This document shows positions 52,213-62,802 of a DNA stretch of 64,000 nucleotides, one piece after another. Source of the DNA: Candidatus Eiseniibacteriota bacterium (GTDB lineage Bacteria; Eisenbacteria; RBG-16-71-46; JABDJR01); assembly GCA_963762255.1 (NCBI GenBank), contig CAVXKA010000003.1, positions 480,001 through 544,000 of the forward strand, given 5' to 3'. The translations under genes and the position numbers were made by a program. The notes under the pieces were generated by a model. The model saw nothing but the letters and a program-made list of their open reading frames with translations, did no database searches and was not told the DNA's origin. Position 1 is the first letter of the stretch. Each line of letters starts with the position of its first letter.

Positions 52213-53589
52213 TTAGGTGGACACGAAGCTCAAGACGTCGATGCGGGTCAGTATCCCCACCGCATGGTCACCGTCGTAGGCGAGCACGGCCGGGTTGCGG
52301 TCGGCGAGGGCGCGGATCGCGGTTTTCACCGAGTCGCGCACCTCGATCCGGGGCAGCGGCGCCTCCATCACCTCGCCGGTTCGCTTCTCGAGCACCTTGG
52401 GATCCTCGAACACCAGGCGCATGAGCGCGTTCTCGTTGACCGTCCCGACGATCTTTCCCTCGCGCACCACCGGGATCACCGAGATGTCGTGGGCGCGGAT
52501 GAGATCGATCGCCTCCCGCACCGGATGCCCGGCGTCCACGGTCACCAGGGCGGGGATGGTGTGCTTCTTGGCGGAGAGCACTTCGCGCACCGCCACCGCC
52601 TCCGGCTCCAGGAAGCCGTTGTCCCGCATCCAGGCGTCGTTGTACATCTTGGAGAGGTAGCGCTCGCCGGTGTCGGGGAGGAGCACGACCGCTACGTCGG
52701 TGGGCTTCGAGTCTTTCAATGCCTTGTACGCTCCGGCCAGCGCGGAGCCGCAGGAGCCGCCGGCGAGGATGCCCTCTTCGCGCGAGAGACGACGCGCAGC
52801 CAGGAAGCTCTCCTTGTCGCCCACCTCCACGATGTCGTCGATGTACTGAAAGTGGGTGGTGGTGGGGATGATGTCCTCGCCGATGCCCTCGACCTTGTAA
52901 GGACGCGCCTCCCCCATTTGCTTGGAGTAGTAGAACGTGCGCAGTATCGAACCCTCGGGATCCACCCCGATCACCTTGACCCGGGGGTTCTTCTCTTTGA
53001 GATAGCGCCCGATCCCGCTGATCGTGCCCCCGGTGCCGATGCCGGCGATGAAATGGGTGATGTGTCCGGCCGTCTGGCGCCAGATCTCGGGGCCTGTCGT
53101 CTCGTAGTGGGCTTGCGGGTTGGACGGGTTGTGATACTGGTTGGTGTGGCAGGCGCCCGGGGTCTCGCGTACGATCCGCTCGGCCACCTTGTAGAAGGAC
53201 TCGGGGGAGTCGGGGGGGACCGCGGTCGGGGTCACCACCACCTCTGCGCCGAGGGCCTTGAGAAGGTTGATCTTCTCGAGGCTCATCTTGTCCGGCATCG
53301 TGAAGATGCCGCGGTAGCCGAGCACGGCGCAGGCCACTGCCAGCCCCACGCCGGTGTTGCCCGAGGTGCATTCCACCACGGTCCCGCCCGGCTTGAGCTT
53401 CCCATCCGCAACGGCCTGGTTGATCATCGCCACCCCGATGCGGTCCTTCACGCTCCCGCCCGGATTGAACGACTCCACCTTGGCCAGGAGGTCCGCCGCC
53501 ATGCCCTGTTTCACCCGACGCAACCGGACGAGCGGTGTGTTGCCGATCAGATCGAGGATGCTGTCCCTGACGTCCATGTCCGCGTGCAT
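52213..53589 (-). CDS. cbs: Cystathionine beta-synthase with C-terminal CBS pair
   Basis: IGNTPLVRL, NPGGSVKDR, TSGNTG, GTGGTISG, YKVEGIGED, PDTGERYLSK and CBS domains. Confidence 0.92.
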   Translation of the reverse strand: MHADMDVRDSILDLIGNTPLVRLRRVKQGMAADLLAKVESFNPGGSVKDRIGVAMINQAVADGKLKPGGTVVECTSGNTGVGLAVACAVLGYRGIFTMPDKMSLEKINLLKALGAEVVVTPTAVPPDSPESFYKVAERIVRETPGACHTNQYHNPSNPQAHYETTGPEIWRQTAGHITHFIAGIGTGGTISGIGRYLKEKNPRVKVIGVDPEGSILRTFYYSKQMGEARPYKVEGIGEDIIPTTTHFQYIDDIVEVGDKESFLAARRLSREEGILAGGSCGSALAGAYKALKDSKPTDVAVVLLPDTGERYLSKMYNDAWMRDNGFLEPEAVAVREVLSAKKHTIPALVTVDAGHPVREAIDLIRAHDISVIPVVREGKIVGTVNENALMRLVFEDPKVLEKRTGEVMEAPLPRIEVRDSVKTAIRALADRNPAVLAYDGDHAVGILTRIDVLSFVST

Positions 53590-53694
53590 CGGCTCGCTCC
53601 CCCGTTGTCGTTCCCCGGAACGGTCGAAAGCCGGGTTACGTTAAGCGCCCCCCGAGGGCGGGTCAAGCACCCCGGCGGCGCGGCCGGGGCCCGG

Positions 53695-53731
53695 AAACAG
53701 GAAGCCCCTCCGACCCAACGGCCGGAAGGGC
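53695..53731 (-). terminator. Probable intrinsic terminator
   Basis: Minus strand GCCCTTCCGGCC-GTTG-GGTCGGAGGGGC (with G-U pairs) followed by TTCCTGTTT, about 30 nt after the stop at 53763. Confidence 0.6.
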
Positions 53732-53762
53732 GTCTGTGGCGAATCCACCCGACCGGAGCGGC

Positions 53763-55160
53763 CTAGTGCACCTTCGTGATCGCGGTGGTGTAGTTGAAGT
53801 TCTTGCCGAACTCCCCGGTGTGACAGTTCGCGCAGATGTCCTCGGTCGGCTTCTTCAGCATCGCCGTGGTGCCATGGAAGGTCCCCATACCGTGGCAGCT
53901 CTCGCACTGCACGTTGCGCATGTCCGCCTTGACCGCGTCCTTGGCGCCATCCTTGGCCGCCGAGGCGCCGGCATCCGTCGCGGCTGCCTGCTCGTACCCG
54001 GTGGCCTCGCCCCAGCCGGTGACGTGGCACTCCACGCACTCCTTCTGGTTCTGCTTCTTGTCCTTCACCAGGGTGTCCCACGCGCGGGCGTGCGGTGTCT
54101 GCGACCACTTGGCGAAGATGTCGCTGTGACAGCGGGCGCACATCTCGGAACCCACGTACTTCTCTGTTCCCTGATTGACCGCGGCCTTGGCCGCGTTCTT
54201 ACGCATCTCCGCTGTTTTGCGCGCGTTGAAATCGGACTCCCACTTGGTGATGACCAGATCCAGCGCGGGATCCTTCGCCACGGTCTCGCCCAGGGGCTTG
54301 CCCTCGCCGTTGTAGTCGGCGATCTTCCCGTCCGCGCCAAGGGTCAGCTCGAGCGAACAAAGGTACTGGCCGCGATTGCCGGGACGGATCACCAGAGTCT
54401 GGCCGACACGGTCGGGATTGAACTGATAGCCCGGGTTGTGGCCCACAATCACCACGTCCATGCCGGGGACCTCGTCGACGAAGCGCTTGGCATCGCCGGG
54501 GCCCTCGTGCATGAGCACCACCAGGATGTCGCACTGCCCACGAAGCTTGGGAAGCACCCGCTGGAGCGCCACCTTCGAGTCCTCAAAGGTGAAGTCGTCC
54601 TTCGTCTGCAGACCCCGGGTCACGTTGAAGTTGTAGTAGGAGCCGCCCGTCGTGCCGGTCACGCCGAAGCGCACACCCCCCTTGTCGATCACCACCGACT
54701 CCGGGAAGAGGTGCTTGCCCGACTTGTCCATCACGTTCGCCGAAACCACCTTCACCTGAGGCTGGGTGGCGAGGAGCTTCTTGAGGGCATCGACCCCCTG
54801 CATCAACTCCGCGTCCCCCGGGGTGACGGCGTCGTACTTCATCTCCCCCATCATGTCCCAGATGAACTGGGTCTTGTCCCAGGGGTTGAAGTCCTTGTTG
54901 TCGCCCCAGTTCCCGGCATCGACGACCAGGGTGGGATTCCCTTTTGCCAGATCGCTCTTGATCAAGGCCGCCCTCCGGGCGAGCCCGCCTAGTTGCTTCT
55001 TGTGTCACCCACAGGGGGACGTTTCGCCGTTGTTGGAGGCGGTGGAGAGGATCGTCGCGGTGCGCGCCTTGCTCTCGCTCCGGGCCGCCGGAAGGGCCAG
55101 CAGGAGAGCACCGACGACCGCGGTCAAGGATCCGAGCCACAGGAGTTTGCGCCAGAGCAT
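53763..55160 (-). CDS. Selenoprotein: UshA/5'-nucleotidase-like domain (CGU motif) fused to a tetraheme c-type cytochrome
   Basis: Signal-peptide ORF MLWRK..GETSPCG ends at TGA 55007-55005 and continues in frame as HKKQLGGLARRAALIK into ORF 53763..54965; four CxxCH motifs (CARCH, CVECH, CESCH, CANCH). Confidence 0.88.
54965..54986 (-). promoter_or_regulatory. Candidate bacterial SECIS hairpin
   Basis: GGGC(T)CGCCC-GGA-GGGCGGCCT stem-loop; the G-containing apical loop begins 28 nt after the in-frame UGA. Confidence 0.6.
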
Positions 55161-55344
55161 GAAGTTTTCTCCTCGGAGCGGGATCAACGTGTGAAGCCCC
55201 ACCCAAGCCGCATGGCGGGCAGAGACGCGCGAGTATAGCAGGGTCCCGAAACCCGATGCACAGGCTATCTACCGAGGCAGTCCGGCGGGGATTCCCCGGG
55301 GAACCGCAACCGGGATCGGCGGTTCGGGCCGGAGACGGGGGAGG

Positions 55345-58300
55345 TCAGGGGAGGGCCGAGGTTATCGCGCCGAATCCGCTGTAGCCCCGCTGCCCCTGCT
55401 CGTACTTGATCTCCTGAAGGGCCTTCACGTTGATCCGGAAGTAGAAGGTCGTCTCGTCCCCCAGCTTGCTCCGGGTGAACATCGCCTCCCAGCAGTGCAG
55501 ATCCCGATGGAGGCTCAAGGATTCCCCCACGACCTTGCGCGCGGTGACGTCCAGATTGGAGTTGTAGCTCACCGACCAGTTCTTCGTGATCTGAACCCCG
55601 AACTGGCCGTTCACCGTCGTCGCCGTCTCGATCCGATCGAGGGACCGCGAACCGTTGGTCGAGAAGGTGAAACCGGCGTTCCAGGACAGGGGCCGGGCGT
55701 CCCCCTGCTGCCCCCCCATCCCGTCGAGAGCGCTCCTTCCCATATCCGCCCCTATCTGACTGTACTCGCTGGTGCTTCGGTCCGGCGCGCCCATCGACAC
55801 CCCACCTCCTCCCTCCTCCCCGCCGGGAAGCGTTCCTGAGAACCCGAACATCGCGCGTCCCTGATAGCTCGAGAACCGGAAGCGCCGGTAGGGGTCGTGG
55901 ACGGAGTTGAAGCTCAGGTCCACCCCCAGAATGCGCGGGAGATCGACACTGGAGTTCACCAGGCTCCATCCTTTCCCACCCTCGTCGGAAGCGAGAAAGT
56001 CGTAGCCGCTCGAGAGCGACCAGTTGATGAGGTCGACCTTGCGGACTTCCTCCCCGACCTTGACCTTCCCCTGGAAGCCGTTTCGCAGGCGCAGGTCGAG
56101 TCGCCGCCGCTCGAAGGAGGAGATGCCGGGGAACCGGTTGCGGCGGACCCCCGCCGTGTCCCGGTACGCGAGCCCGCTGAACTCAGGCGAGTAGGTGAGG
56201 CTTGCCGAGGGCTCCACCGTATGGCGGAGCGCAACCAGCGGACCCACCCCGCCGAAAGTCCCGTAGAACGCCGTCCCCGTCGTCAGCGAAGCCGACCACA
56301 GCGCAGCCCGACGAAAGGCCTTCACGGTGTCATCCGCGCTGAACTCGCGGTCCACCCAGTGCTCGGTGAGGTTGATCGACGGTTGAAGGTTGAATGCGTT
56401 CCAGAACCGGCGCGAGTCGCTCACGTTGAAGGTGTGCTGCGCCAGACTCGATCGCTCCTTGAGGATCTGATAGAGGGTATCGACCGGGGCGGTGAAGAGC
56501 GTGGTCTTCTCGCGTTCGGTGCGCGTGGAGGAACCGCGGGAGCTGAGCGAGTAGCGCACACTGCTCAGGAACGGGAGTCGCCCTCCCACGCCCTTCTCGT
56601 CGGCCTTCCGCCCTATCGTCCGCGAGTTCATCGAGAACGAATAACTGGGAAGGACCTCCTGAAGGAGGATCTCGTCGGTTCCGTCCCCTCGCTCCACCGC
56701 CAGGTTCTGAGTGCGGTTGGCGGTGAGGCTCAAGCTTCCTCCCCAACCGAAGCTACGCGACGCCGAGAGATCGCTCTTCAGGATCCGGTCGAGCCGCTGA
56801 CCAATGTCGGTACCGAGAGGCTCTTCAGAGCGGAAAGCGGCGGTGCGAAACTCGGGGCGGCCGGTGATGCGCCACTCGCCCAGCGTCATTTGATGGTAGC
56901 CGGTCAGGTCGTACCCACTCGAGGTCGAGCCGAGCGTACGCGCGAAGTTGACGTTGCCATCCATGAGATAGCGCTTGGCGTAACGGGCCTGTACGTGCCC
57001 CACGAAGCGCGACGGGCGCTCGGTGTAGTCCATGCTTGCGGTGAAGTCGTAGTACTCGCTCGCCGCCCAGTAGTAGCCGAGGTTGCTGAAAGAGCCCCCG
57101 GCGCTGCCGGTGAGACCGAAGTCGAAGTTGGCGGTCAGGAGACCGGACTGGCGTCCCTTGCGAATCGAGAAGACGTAGAACGGCAGCGCGAGGACCGGGA
57201 TGTCCCGGATGTAGAGAGTCACCGGCTTCGCCACCACCTTGTCCTTGAGGTAGATCCGCATGCGGTGGCTGGTGAAGTGGAAGTGGGGCGCCTTGTCGTG
57301 CTCCACGTTGTCGCAACTCGTGTAGCTCCCCCCGCGGGCAAGGAACTCGTCGTCGCCGACCTTGCGCAACCGCTCCGCATAGATGTAGCCGTCCTCGGCC
57401 TTGGTTCGCCCGCCGCCGATCGTTCCCTCGCGCGAGTCGAGGTTGTAGTCCATGCTCGCGCCCACGATATCGCGCTGCTCGCCGGGGGTCTTTTCGACCA
57501 GTACCGGCTTGTCCTCCGCCTCCAGGTAGCGGCGGTCGGTGAAGAAGCGCACCTTTCCCGCGGTGAGGGTGAGAGCGCCGTAGTCGAGTTTGGTGTTGCC
57601 GAAGAGGTCGACCACGCGGTCGTCCATCGCGTACTCCACCACGTCGGCTTCGTAGATCACCTTCTCCGCGCCGACCGACGCCGTGCGAAGCGTGTCGGAT
57701 TGGGTTGAGTCCGGGGCGCCCGGCTCGATCCCGGCAGGAATCGCGCCCGCCGTGTCGACCTCCGCGGGCAACGCGCCCGCCGTGTCGACCTCCGCGGGTG
57801 GCGCGCCGATCGAGTCGGCCGCTGCGACCGAGTCCGCGCCCTCATCGCGGAAGGCATACACCCCCTTGGCGTGCCCGCTGATTCGCACACGGTCGATGGC
57901 GCCGGCATCGAAGAAGATGGTGATGGTGTCGCCTTGGGCGGCGTTGGTGCCCGCGCCCTTCCCCGCGTCGGATGTCGCCGGGGAGTAGGTGCTGGAGGCG
58001 TTCCCGACGGTGACCACGCGCTCGGTCTCGCCGTCGACGAAGTACATGACGAGCGAGTCGCCACGCACCGTGCTGACCTCACCCACGCGCAGGCTGTCGA
58101 TCGGGGCATGGCGCACGGCCGCATGGCCGTGCACTTCGGCCCGCGTGAGCGCTTCGTCGTCGTCGAAGTGCAGGAGCAGCGTATCGCCGGTCAGCGTGCC
58201 GTCCCGCTCGAGCACGCGCGGCGCTCCGAGCAAGAGCGCGCGATGTTCCGCGCGGCGGTAGCTCGCGGAGTCGGATTGGGCGGTCACCCCGCCGCGCACG

Positions 58301-59250
58301 ACGCGGACGTTTCCCGAAGCCTCCGCGTCGCCCCCCGGCGCCACCCACAGGCGGTCGCCGGTGATGCGGGTGATGGTGCCGGTGCCGCTGGTAAGAACGA
58401 GGGCGGGAACCTCGGTGACGCGGGCGCGATCGGTGCGCAGATCGTAAATGAGACGCTCGCCGCGCAACTGAGACGCGCCGTCTTCCTCGGTGACGTAGAC
58501 GTCTCCGGTGAGAAGCACGTCGTCCCGGTTGCGCCGCCACTCGGCTTCGTTTGCGCGCATCCGCCGGTCGCCGCGCCGCCCGTGCATGTTGCCCGTCATG
58601 GTCATCACGCGTCCGGTGCGATCGTAGCTGGCGCGATCGGACCAGAGGCGAAGCGAATCGGCGGGCGAATCGACCTCGACATCCCCCTCCGCGATCAGCG
58701 TCTCCGAATCGCGCAAGTAGGTCGCGCGCGCGCTGCGCCCTCGGGTTTCGCCTTCGCTGAACGCGACCTCGCCATCGAACTCCGCTCGCCCCTCATCGAC
58801 GAGGTAGCGCGCGGTGGGCGACGTAATGGTCAGCTCGCCGTGGGTGATGACCGGATTCGTGATGTCGATGATCTGACCCTGAGGACCCGTGCTCGAGATG
58901 AGGGGATACCCGGTGATCTCCCAGAGATCGGAACTGGGGGCGGCCGTCTCCGCCGAGGCGCTGGAGTCGGCGGGAGCGGAATCGACGGGAGCGGTGACGC
59001 GGGGAGCCGCGATCGCCGCCGCGATCGAGTCGGCGGTCGCGCTGTCGGCCGGTCCGCGTTGATACGGGATCACATCCAGGTGCGGCTCGCGCTCGGGAGG
59101 CTGAAGCCCCGCGGCCAGCGGCCGCGACTCTGCGGTCGCGCTGGGGGGCGCATCGAGGGCCGAGCCGGGAGGCTCTTGGAACCAGGCGCACCCCGATAGC
59201 GCGAGAAGGCCGAGCGCCGCGGCGCCTAGGCGCGTCCGACCCCAACCCAT
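55345..59250 (-). CDS. lptD: Large LptD-like LPS-assembly protein with extended N-terminal OstA/LptA beta-jellyroll repeats
   Basis: Lipobox LSGC; repeated jellyroll strands (LIAEGDV, LTGDV, ASGNV, LLGAP), YTSCD..PHFHF, PVLALPFY, RQSGLL, NLGYYW, HRDLHCWE. Confidence 0.82.
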   Translation of the reverse strand: MGWGRTRLGAAALGLLALSGCAWFQEPPGSALDAPPSATAESRPLAAGLQPPEREPHLDVIPYQRGPADSATADSIAAAIAAPRVTAPVDSAPADSSASAETAAPSSDLWEITGYPLISSTGPQGQIIDITNPVITHGELTITSPTARYLVDEGRAEFDGEVAFSEGETRGRSARATYLRDSETLIAEGDVEVDSPADSLRLWSDRASYDRTGRVMTMTGNMHGRRGDRRMRANEAEWRRNRDDVLLTGDVYVTEEDGASQLRGERLIYDLRTDRARVTEVPALVLTSGTGTITRITGDRLWVAPGGDAEASGNVRVVRGGVTAQSDSASYRRAEHRALLLGAPRVLERDGTLTGDTLLLHFDDDEALTRAEVHGHAAVRHAPIDSLRVGEVSTVRGDSLVMYFVDGETERVVTVGNASSTYSPATSDAGKGAGTNAAQGDTITIFFDAGAIDRVRISGHAKGVYAFRDEGADSVAAADSIGAPPAEVDTAGALPAEVDTAGAIPAGIEPGAPDSTQSDTLRTASVGAEKVIYEADVVEYAMDDRVVDLFGNTKLDYGALTLTAGKVRFFTDRRYLEAEDKPVLVEKTPGEQRDIVGASMDYNLDSREGTIGGGRTKAEDGYIYAERLRKVGDDEFLARGGSYTSCDNVEHDKAPHFHFTSHRMRIYLKDKVVAKPVTLYIRDIPVLALPFYVFSIRKGRQSGLLTANFDFGLTGSAGGSFSNLGYYWAASEYYDFTASMDYTERPSRFVGHVQARYAKRYLMDGNVNFARTLGSTSSGYDLTGYHQMTLGEWRITGRPEFRTAAFRSEEPLGTDIGQRLDRILKSDLSASRSFGWGGSLSLTANRTQNLAVERGDGTDEILLQEVLPSYSFSMNSRTIGRKADEKGVGGRLPFLSSVRYSLSSRGSSTRTEREKTTLFTAPVDTLYQILKERSSLAQHTFNVSDSRRFWNAFNLQPSINLTEHWVDREFSADDTVKAFRRAALWSASLTTGTAFYGTFGGVGPLVALRHTVEPSASLTYSPEFSGLAYRDTAGVRRNRFPGISSFERRRLDLRLRNGFQGKVKVGEEVRKVDLINWSLSSGYDFLASDEGGKGWSLVNSSVDLPRILGVDLSFNSVHDPYRRFRFSSYQGRAMFGFSGTLPGGEEGGGGVSMGAPDRSTSEYSQIGADMGRSALDGMGGQQGDARPLSWNAGFTFSTNGSRSLDRIETATTVNGQFGVQITKNWSVSYNSNLDVTARKVVGESLSLHRDLHCWEAMFTRSKLGDETTFYFRINVKALQEIKYEQGQRGYSGFGAITSALP
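57742..57798. repeat. Two-copy 30-bp tandem repeat inside lptD (PAEVDTAGA)
   Basis: CGCGCCCGCCGTGTCGACCTCCGCGGG at about 57742 and 57772, in a low-complexity linker. Confidence 0.85.
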
Positions 59251-59263
59251 GTGCGGGCCTGAT

Positions 59264-60229
59264 TCAACGAGGGGCAGTGGCCGGTTCCTCCAGGAGCAAC
59301 GCGGCCGCTCCCAAGAGCCCCGCCTCGGGGCCGAGCCCCGCCGGAAGCACCAGCGGGGGCGCGAAGCGCGCCACCAACGACCGGGCACCCAGATGCTCGC
59401 GGGCCGGATCGAGGATCCAGCCGCCCGCGAGCGCGACCCCGCCGCCGATGACGATCCGCTCCGGATTGAAGATGTTGACCAGGGTCACCAGAAGACCTCC
59501 GAGCGCGTGCCCGGCGTCGGTGAGAACCTCGCGCGCGACCGCGCTTCCGCGCCCTGCCGCTTCGCTCACCGTCCGCGACGTGAGGGGATCCGCCTGCGCG
59601 AGGAGGGGGTCGGCGGCGAATCCGACGTGCCGGCGTGCGGCCTCCACGATGTCGTTCGTCCCTACGTACCGCTCCGCGCAGCCGCGGTTCCCGCAGGCGC
59701 AGGGAATCCCGTCCAGCACCACCGTGGCGTGGCCGGGTTCGCCGGCGAATCCCTGGGCGCCGCGCACGAGAAGTCCGTCGGCGATGGCGGCGCCGCCGAT
59801 GCCGGTGCCGAGGGTAAGAAACACCGCGTTCTGCGCGCGCTCGCCAGCCCCCCATCGCCATTCGGCCAGCGCGAACGCGTTGACGTCGTTGTCGACGCGG
59901 GCGGGCATGCCGAGGCGCCGCGAGAGCCCTTCGCCGATCCGCGCGCCTTCCCACGCGGGAAGGTTGGGAGAGAATCGGATGGTGCCGGTGCGTCGATCGA
60001 TCAGTCCGGCCGAGCCGACCCCCACCCCTTCCGCCGCGTCCCATCCCGCGGCGGCGGTGAGCCGGCGCAGCGCATCGGCGACTTCGTCCAGCACCGCCTC
60101 CGGATCGCGTCCGGCGTGCCCGTGCAGGACATCGTGCGCGGCCAAGTGCGGCGCGTCGGAGATCTCCACGGCGCCGGTCTTGATCCCGGTGCCGCCGATG
60201 TCGACGGCAAGCAGGCGCCGGGGCTTCAA
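59264..60229 (-). CDS. ROK family sugar kinase (glucokinase-like)
   Basis: AVDIGGT, VDNDVNA, TLGTGIGG, GEPGH, CACGNRGCAE, IVIGGG; TTG start at 60229. Confidence 0.92.
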   Translation of the reverse strand: MKPRRLLAVDIGGTGIKTGAVEISDAPHLAAHDVLHGHAGRDPEAVLDEVADALRRLTAAAGWDAAEGVGVGSAGLIDRRTGTIRFSPNLPAWEGARIGEGLSRRLGMPARVDNDVNAFALAEWRWGAGERAQNAVFLTLGTGIGGAAIADGLLVRGAQGFAGEPGHATVVLDGIPCACGNRGCAERYVGTNDIVEAARRHVGFAADPLLAQADPLTSRTVSEAAGRGSAVAREVLTDAGHALGGLLVTLVNIFNPERIVIGGGVALAGGWILDPAREHLGARSLVARFAPPLVLPAGLGPEAGLLGAAALLLEEPATAPR

Positions 60230-60233
60230 GCGC

Positions 60234-61352
60234 TCACGCCCCGACGGCGACGGCCTGCGGCGCCCGCAGGCTGACTCCCGTCTCCCGGTCGAAGAGTTGA
60301 GCGCGCGCGACGTTGATTTGCAGGCGATAGGCCGCGCCGACGCGCGGAACCACTTCCGGTCCGATGCGGGCCAGGAGCGCGCCGCACTCCGCCTGGCCGT
60401 GCAGGAAGATCTCGTTGCCCATCGGCTCCACCACCCGCGCGCGCACGATAAGGGCGTTGGGCCCCGGAGCCGCGGCGTCGGAGACTTCTTCGGCAAGGGT
60501 GAGATCTTCGGGGCGGATGCCCAGAGTGGCCGCGCCGCGGTGCGCGCGAATCGAAACGGCAGCGCCGGCCAGCGACAAGTCCAGCCCCGGCGCGGTGAAG
60601 CCGGCGTCGGCCATCGAACCCTCGATGAAGTTCATGGCCGGCGAGCCGATGAACGAAGCCACGAAGCGGTTCACCGGCTCGTTGTACAGCGTGAGCGGCG
60701 GTGCCACCTGCTGCAGGAGGCCGTCTTTGACCACCGCGATGCGGTCGGCCATGGTCATCGCCTCCACCTGATCGTGGGTGACGTAGACCATGGTGGCGTC
60801 GAGGTCGCGATGCAGCTTGGCGATCTCGGTGCGCATCTGCACGCGAAGCGCGGCATCGAGGTTGGAAAGCGGCTCGTCGAAGAGAAACACCGCCGGCTGG
60901 CGCACGATGGCGCGACCGAGCGCGACGCGCTGGCGCTGCCCGCCGGAGAGCGCCTTGGGCTTGCGGTCGAGATACGGGGTCAGCGCGAGCAGCTCGCCGG
61001 CCTGGTTCACCCGCCGCTCGATCTCCTCCTTCTTGAACTTGCGGAGCTTGAGCCCGAAGCCCATGTTCTCGCGCACGGTCATGTGCGGATAGAGCGCGTA
61101 GGACTGGAACACCATGGCGATGTCGCGATCCTTGGGCGCCACGTCGTTCACGCGCCGGTCGCCGATGTAGAGATCGCCGCTGGTGACTTCCTCGAGCCCG
61201 GCAACCATGCGCAGCAGCGTGGACTTGCCGCAGCCGGAGGGACCGACCAGGACCATCAGCTCCTTGTCGTGAACCTCCAGGGTGGCTTCCTTGACCGCGG
61301 TGACGCCGCCGGGGTAGACCTTGGTGACCTTCTCGAAACGAACCCCTGCCAC
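60234..61352 (-). CDS. MalK/MsiK/UgpC-type sugar ABC ATPase
   Basis: [53 protein letters not shown]; GTG start at 61352. Confidence 0.94.
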   Translation of the reverse strand: MAGVRFEKVTKVYPGGVTAVKEATLEVHDKELMVLVGPSGCGKSTLLRMVAGLEEVTSGDLYIGDRRVNDVAPKDRDIAMVFQSYALYPHMTVRENMGFGLKLRKFKKEEIERRVNQAGELLALTPYLDRKPKALSGGQRQRVALGRAIVRQPAVFLFDEPLSNLDAALRVQMRTEIAKLHRDLDATMVYVTHDQVEAMTMADRIAVVKDGLLQQVAPPLTLYNEPVNRFVASFIGSPAMNFIEGSMADAGFTAPGLDLSLAGAAVSIRAHRGAATLGIRPEDLTLAEEVSDAAAPGPNALIVRARVVEPMGNEIFLHGQAECGALLARIGPEVVPRVGAAYRLQINVARAQLFDRETGVSLRAPQAVAVGA

Positions 61353-61360
61353 ACTGCCTC

Positions 61361-62302
61361 CTATCTGCTTCCGGCCGAAGTCGACCCGTCGGCGGGCGGC
61401 CCCCCGTCGCTGCCGGGAGAAATCGACGGCTTGAGCGCCGCCCCCGGCACGGTCGAGAGCCCGTCGGCGAAAATCCTGAGCACGCGCCCCAGGGTGGGAC
61501 GCATCTGCGCACGCGGCACGATGCGATCGATGAACCCGTGCTTGAGCAGGAACTCGGCGCGCTGGAACCCCTCCGGAAGCTCCTGTGCCACCGTCTCCCG
61601 TATGACCCGCGGGCCGGCGAAGCCGATGAGCGCGCCGGGCTCGGCAAACTGCACATCGCCGAGCTGGGCGAAGCTTGCGGTCGTCCCGCCGGTGGTGGGG
61701 TCGGTGAGCACGCACACGTAGGGGACGCGCTCCTCGATGAGCCGCGCCAGCAGCACGCTGGTCTTGGCGAGCTGCATGAGAGAGAGAATCCCCTCCATCA
61801 TGCGGGCGCCCCCCGAGGAGGAGAGCAGGATGAGCGGCATGCGCTCGTCGAGGGATCGTTGCGCGGCCCGCACGATCTTCTCTCCCACCGCGCTGGCCAT
61901 GCTCCCGCCGATGAACGCGAAGTCCATCGCTCCGAATACCACCGGCATCCCCTCGAGGGCTCCGGTTCCGGTGAGGATGGCGTCGCCGAGGCCGGTCTTC
62001 TCGCGCGCGTCCTTGAGCCGGTCGATGTAGCGCTTGGAGTCGCGGAAGCCGAGAGGATCGAGCGAGACCACGCCTGCGTCGATTTCGACGAAGCTGCCCG
62101 GATCGAGCAGGATCTCCACATAGCGGCGGGCCGTGATCCGGAAATGATGCGTGCACTTGGGGCAGACGTGGAGATTCCGTTCGAGTTCCTTGAAGTAGAG
62201 GATCTCGGCGCAGCCCTCGCATTTGACCCAGAGGCCGTCGGGGAGCTCGCGGCCCGCCTTGCCGCCGGCGGCGGGCGGGTTCTCGCGCTTGAGCCAGGGC
62301 AT
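61361..62302 (-). CDS. accD: Acetyl-CoA carboxylase carboxyltransferase beta subunit
   Basis: LWVKC..C zinc finger, [33 protein letters not shown]. Confidence 0.96.
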   Translation of the reverse strand: MPWLKRENPPAAGGKAGRELPDGLWVKCEGCAEILYFKELERNLHVCPKCTHHFRITARRYVEILLDPGSFVEIDAGVVSLDPLGFRDSKRYIDRLKDAREKTGLGDAILTGTGALEGMPVVFGAMDFAFIGGSMASAVGEKIVRAAQRSLDERMPLILLSSSGGARMMEGILSLMQLAKTSVLLARLIEERVPYVCVLTDPTTGGTTASFAQLGDVQFAEPGALIGFAGPRVIRETVAQELPEGFQRAEFLLKHGFIDRIVPRAQMRPTLGRVLRIFADGLSTVPGAALKPSISPGSDGGPPADGSTSAGSR

Positions 62303-62802
62303 CAGTCTCGCCCTCCCTCAAACGCCGGAATGCGTCCCGCCTCGTTGAGCGGTTTGACCATCACCAAGGCGTCCTCCCGGTTGTCTCGGTAGTACTCGCG
62401 TCGGATCATCGTCGTGTAGAAGCCGTTCCTGCGATACAGCGTTTGCGCGGCCACGTTGGACCGCCGCACCTCGAGCACGATCATGCGCGCCTGCCGAAGC
62501 TTGCTCTCGGCGATCAGGTCGTCCAGAAACCTCTGGGCCACGCCCCGGCGCCTCTCACCCGGCGCCACCGCCAGGTTCGCCAGGTGCGCCTCGTCCGCCA
62601 CCACCCAGGCCACCATGTAGCCGACCACTTTCTTGGTCGCGCCGTCGACGGCGACCCGCGACCAGCCCTCCCGGCTCCCCTCCGCCTCGCGGCGGAACGC
62701 GTTCTTGTTCCACGGATCCGGAAAGATCAGCTTCTCCAGCTCCGTCACCGCGTCCACGTCGGGCCGGCGAAACCGCCGGATCTCTATCGCGTCTTCGTTC
62801 AC
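62302..62802 (-). CDS. rimI: Ribosomal protein S18 alanine N-acetyltransferase
   Basis: FPDPW, HLANLAV, RRRGVA, LEVRRSN..LY..GF, YY..EDALVM. Confidence 0.9.
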   Translation of the reverse strand: MNEDAIEIRRFRRPDVDAVTELEKLIFPDPWNKNAFRREAEGSREGWSRVAVDGATKKVVGYMVAWVVADEAHLANLAVAPGERRRGVAQRFLDDLIAESKLRQARMIVLEVRRSNVAAQTLYRRNGFYTTMIRREYYRDNREDALVMVKPLNEAGRIPAFEGGRD

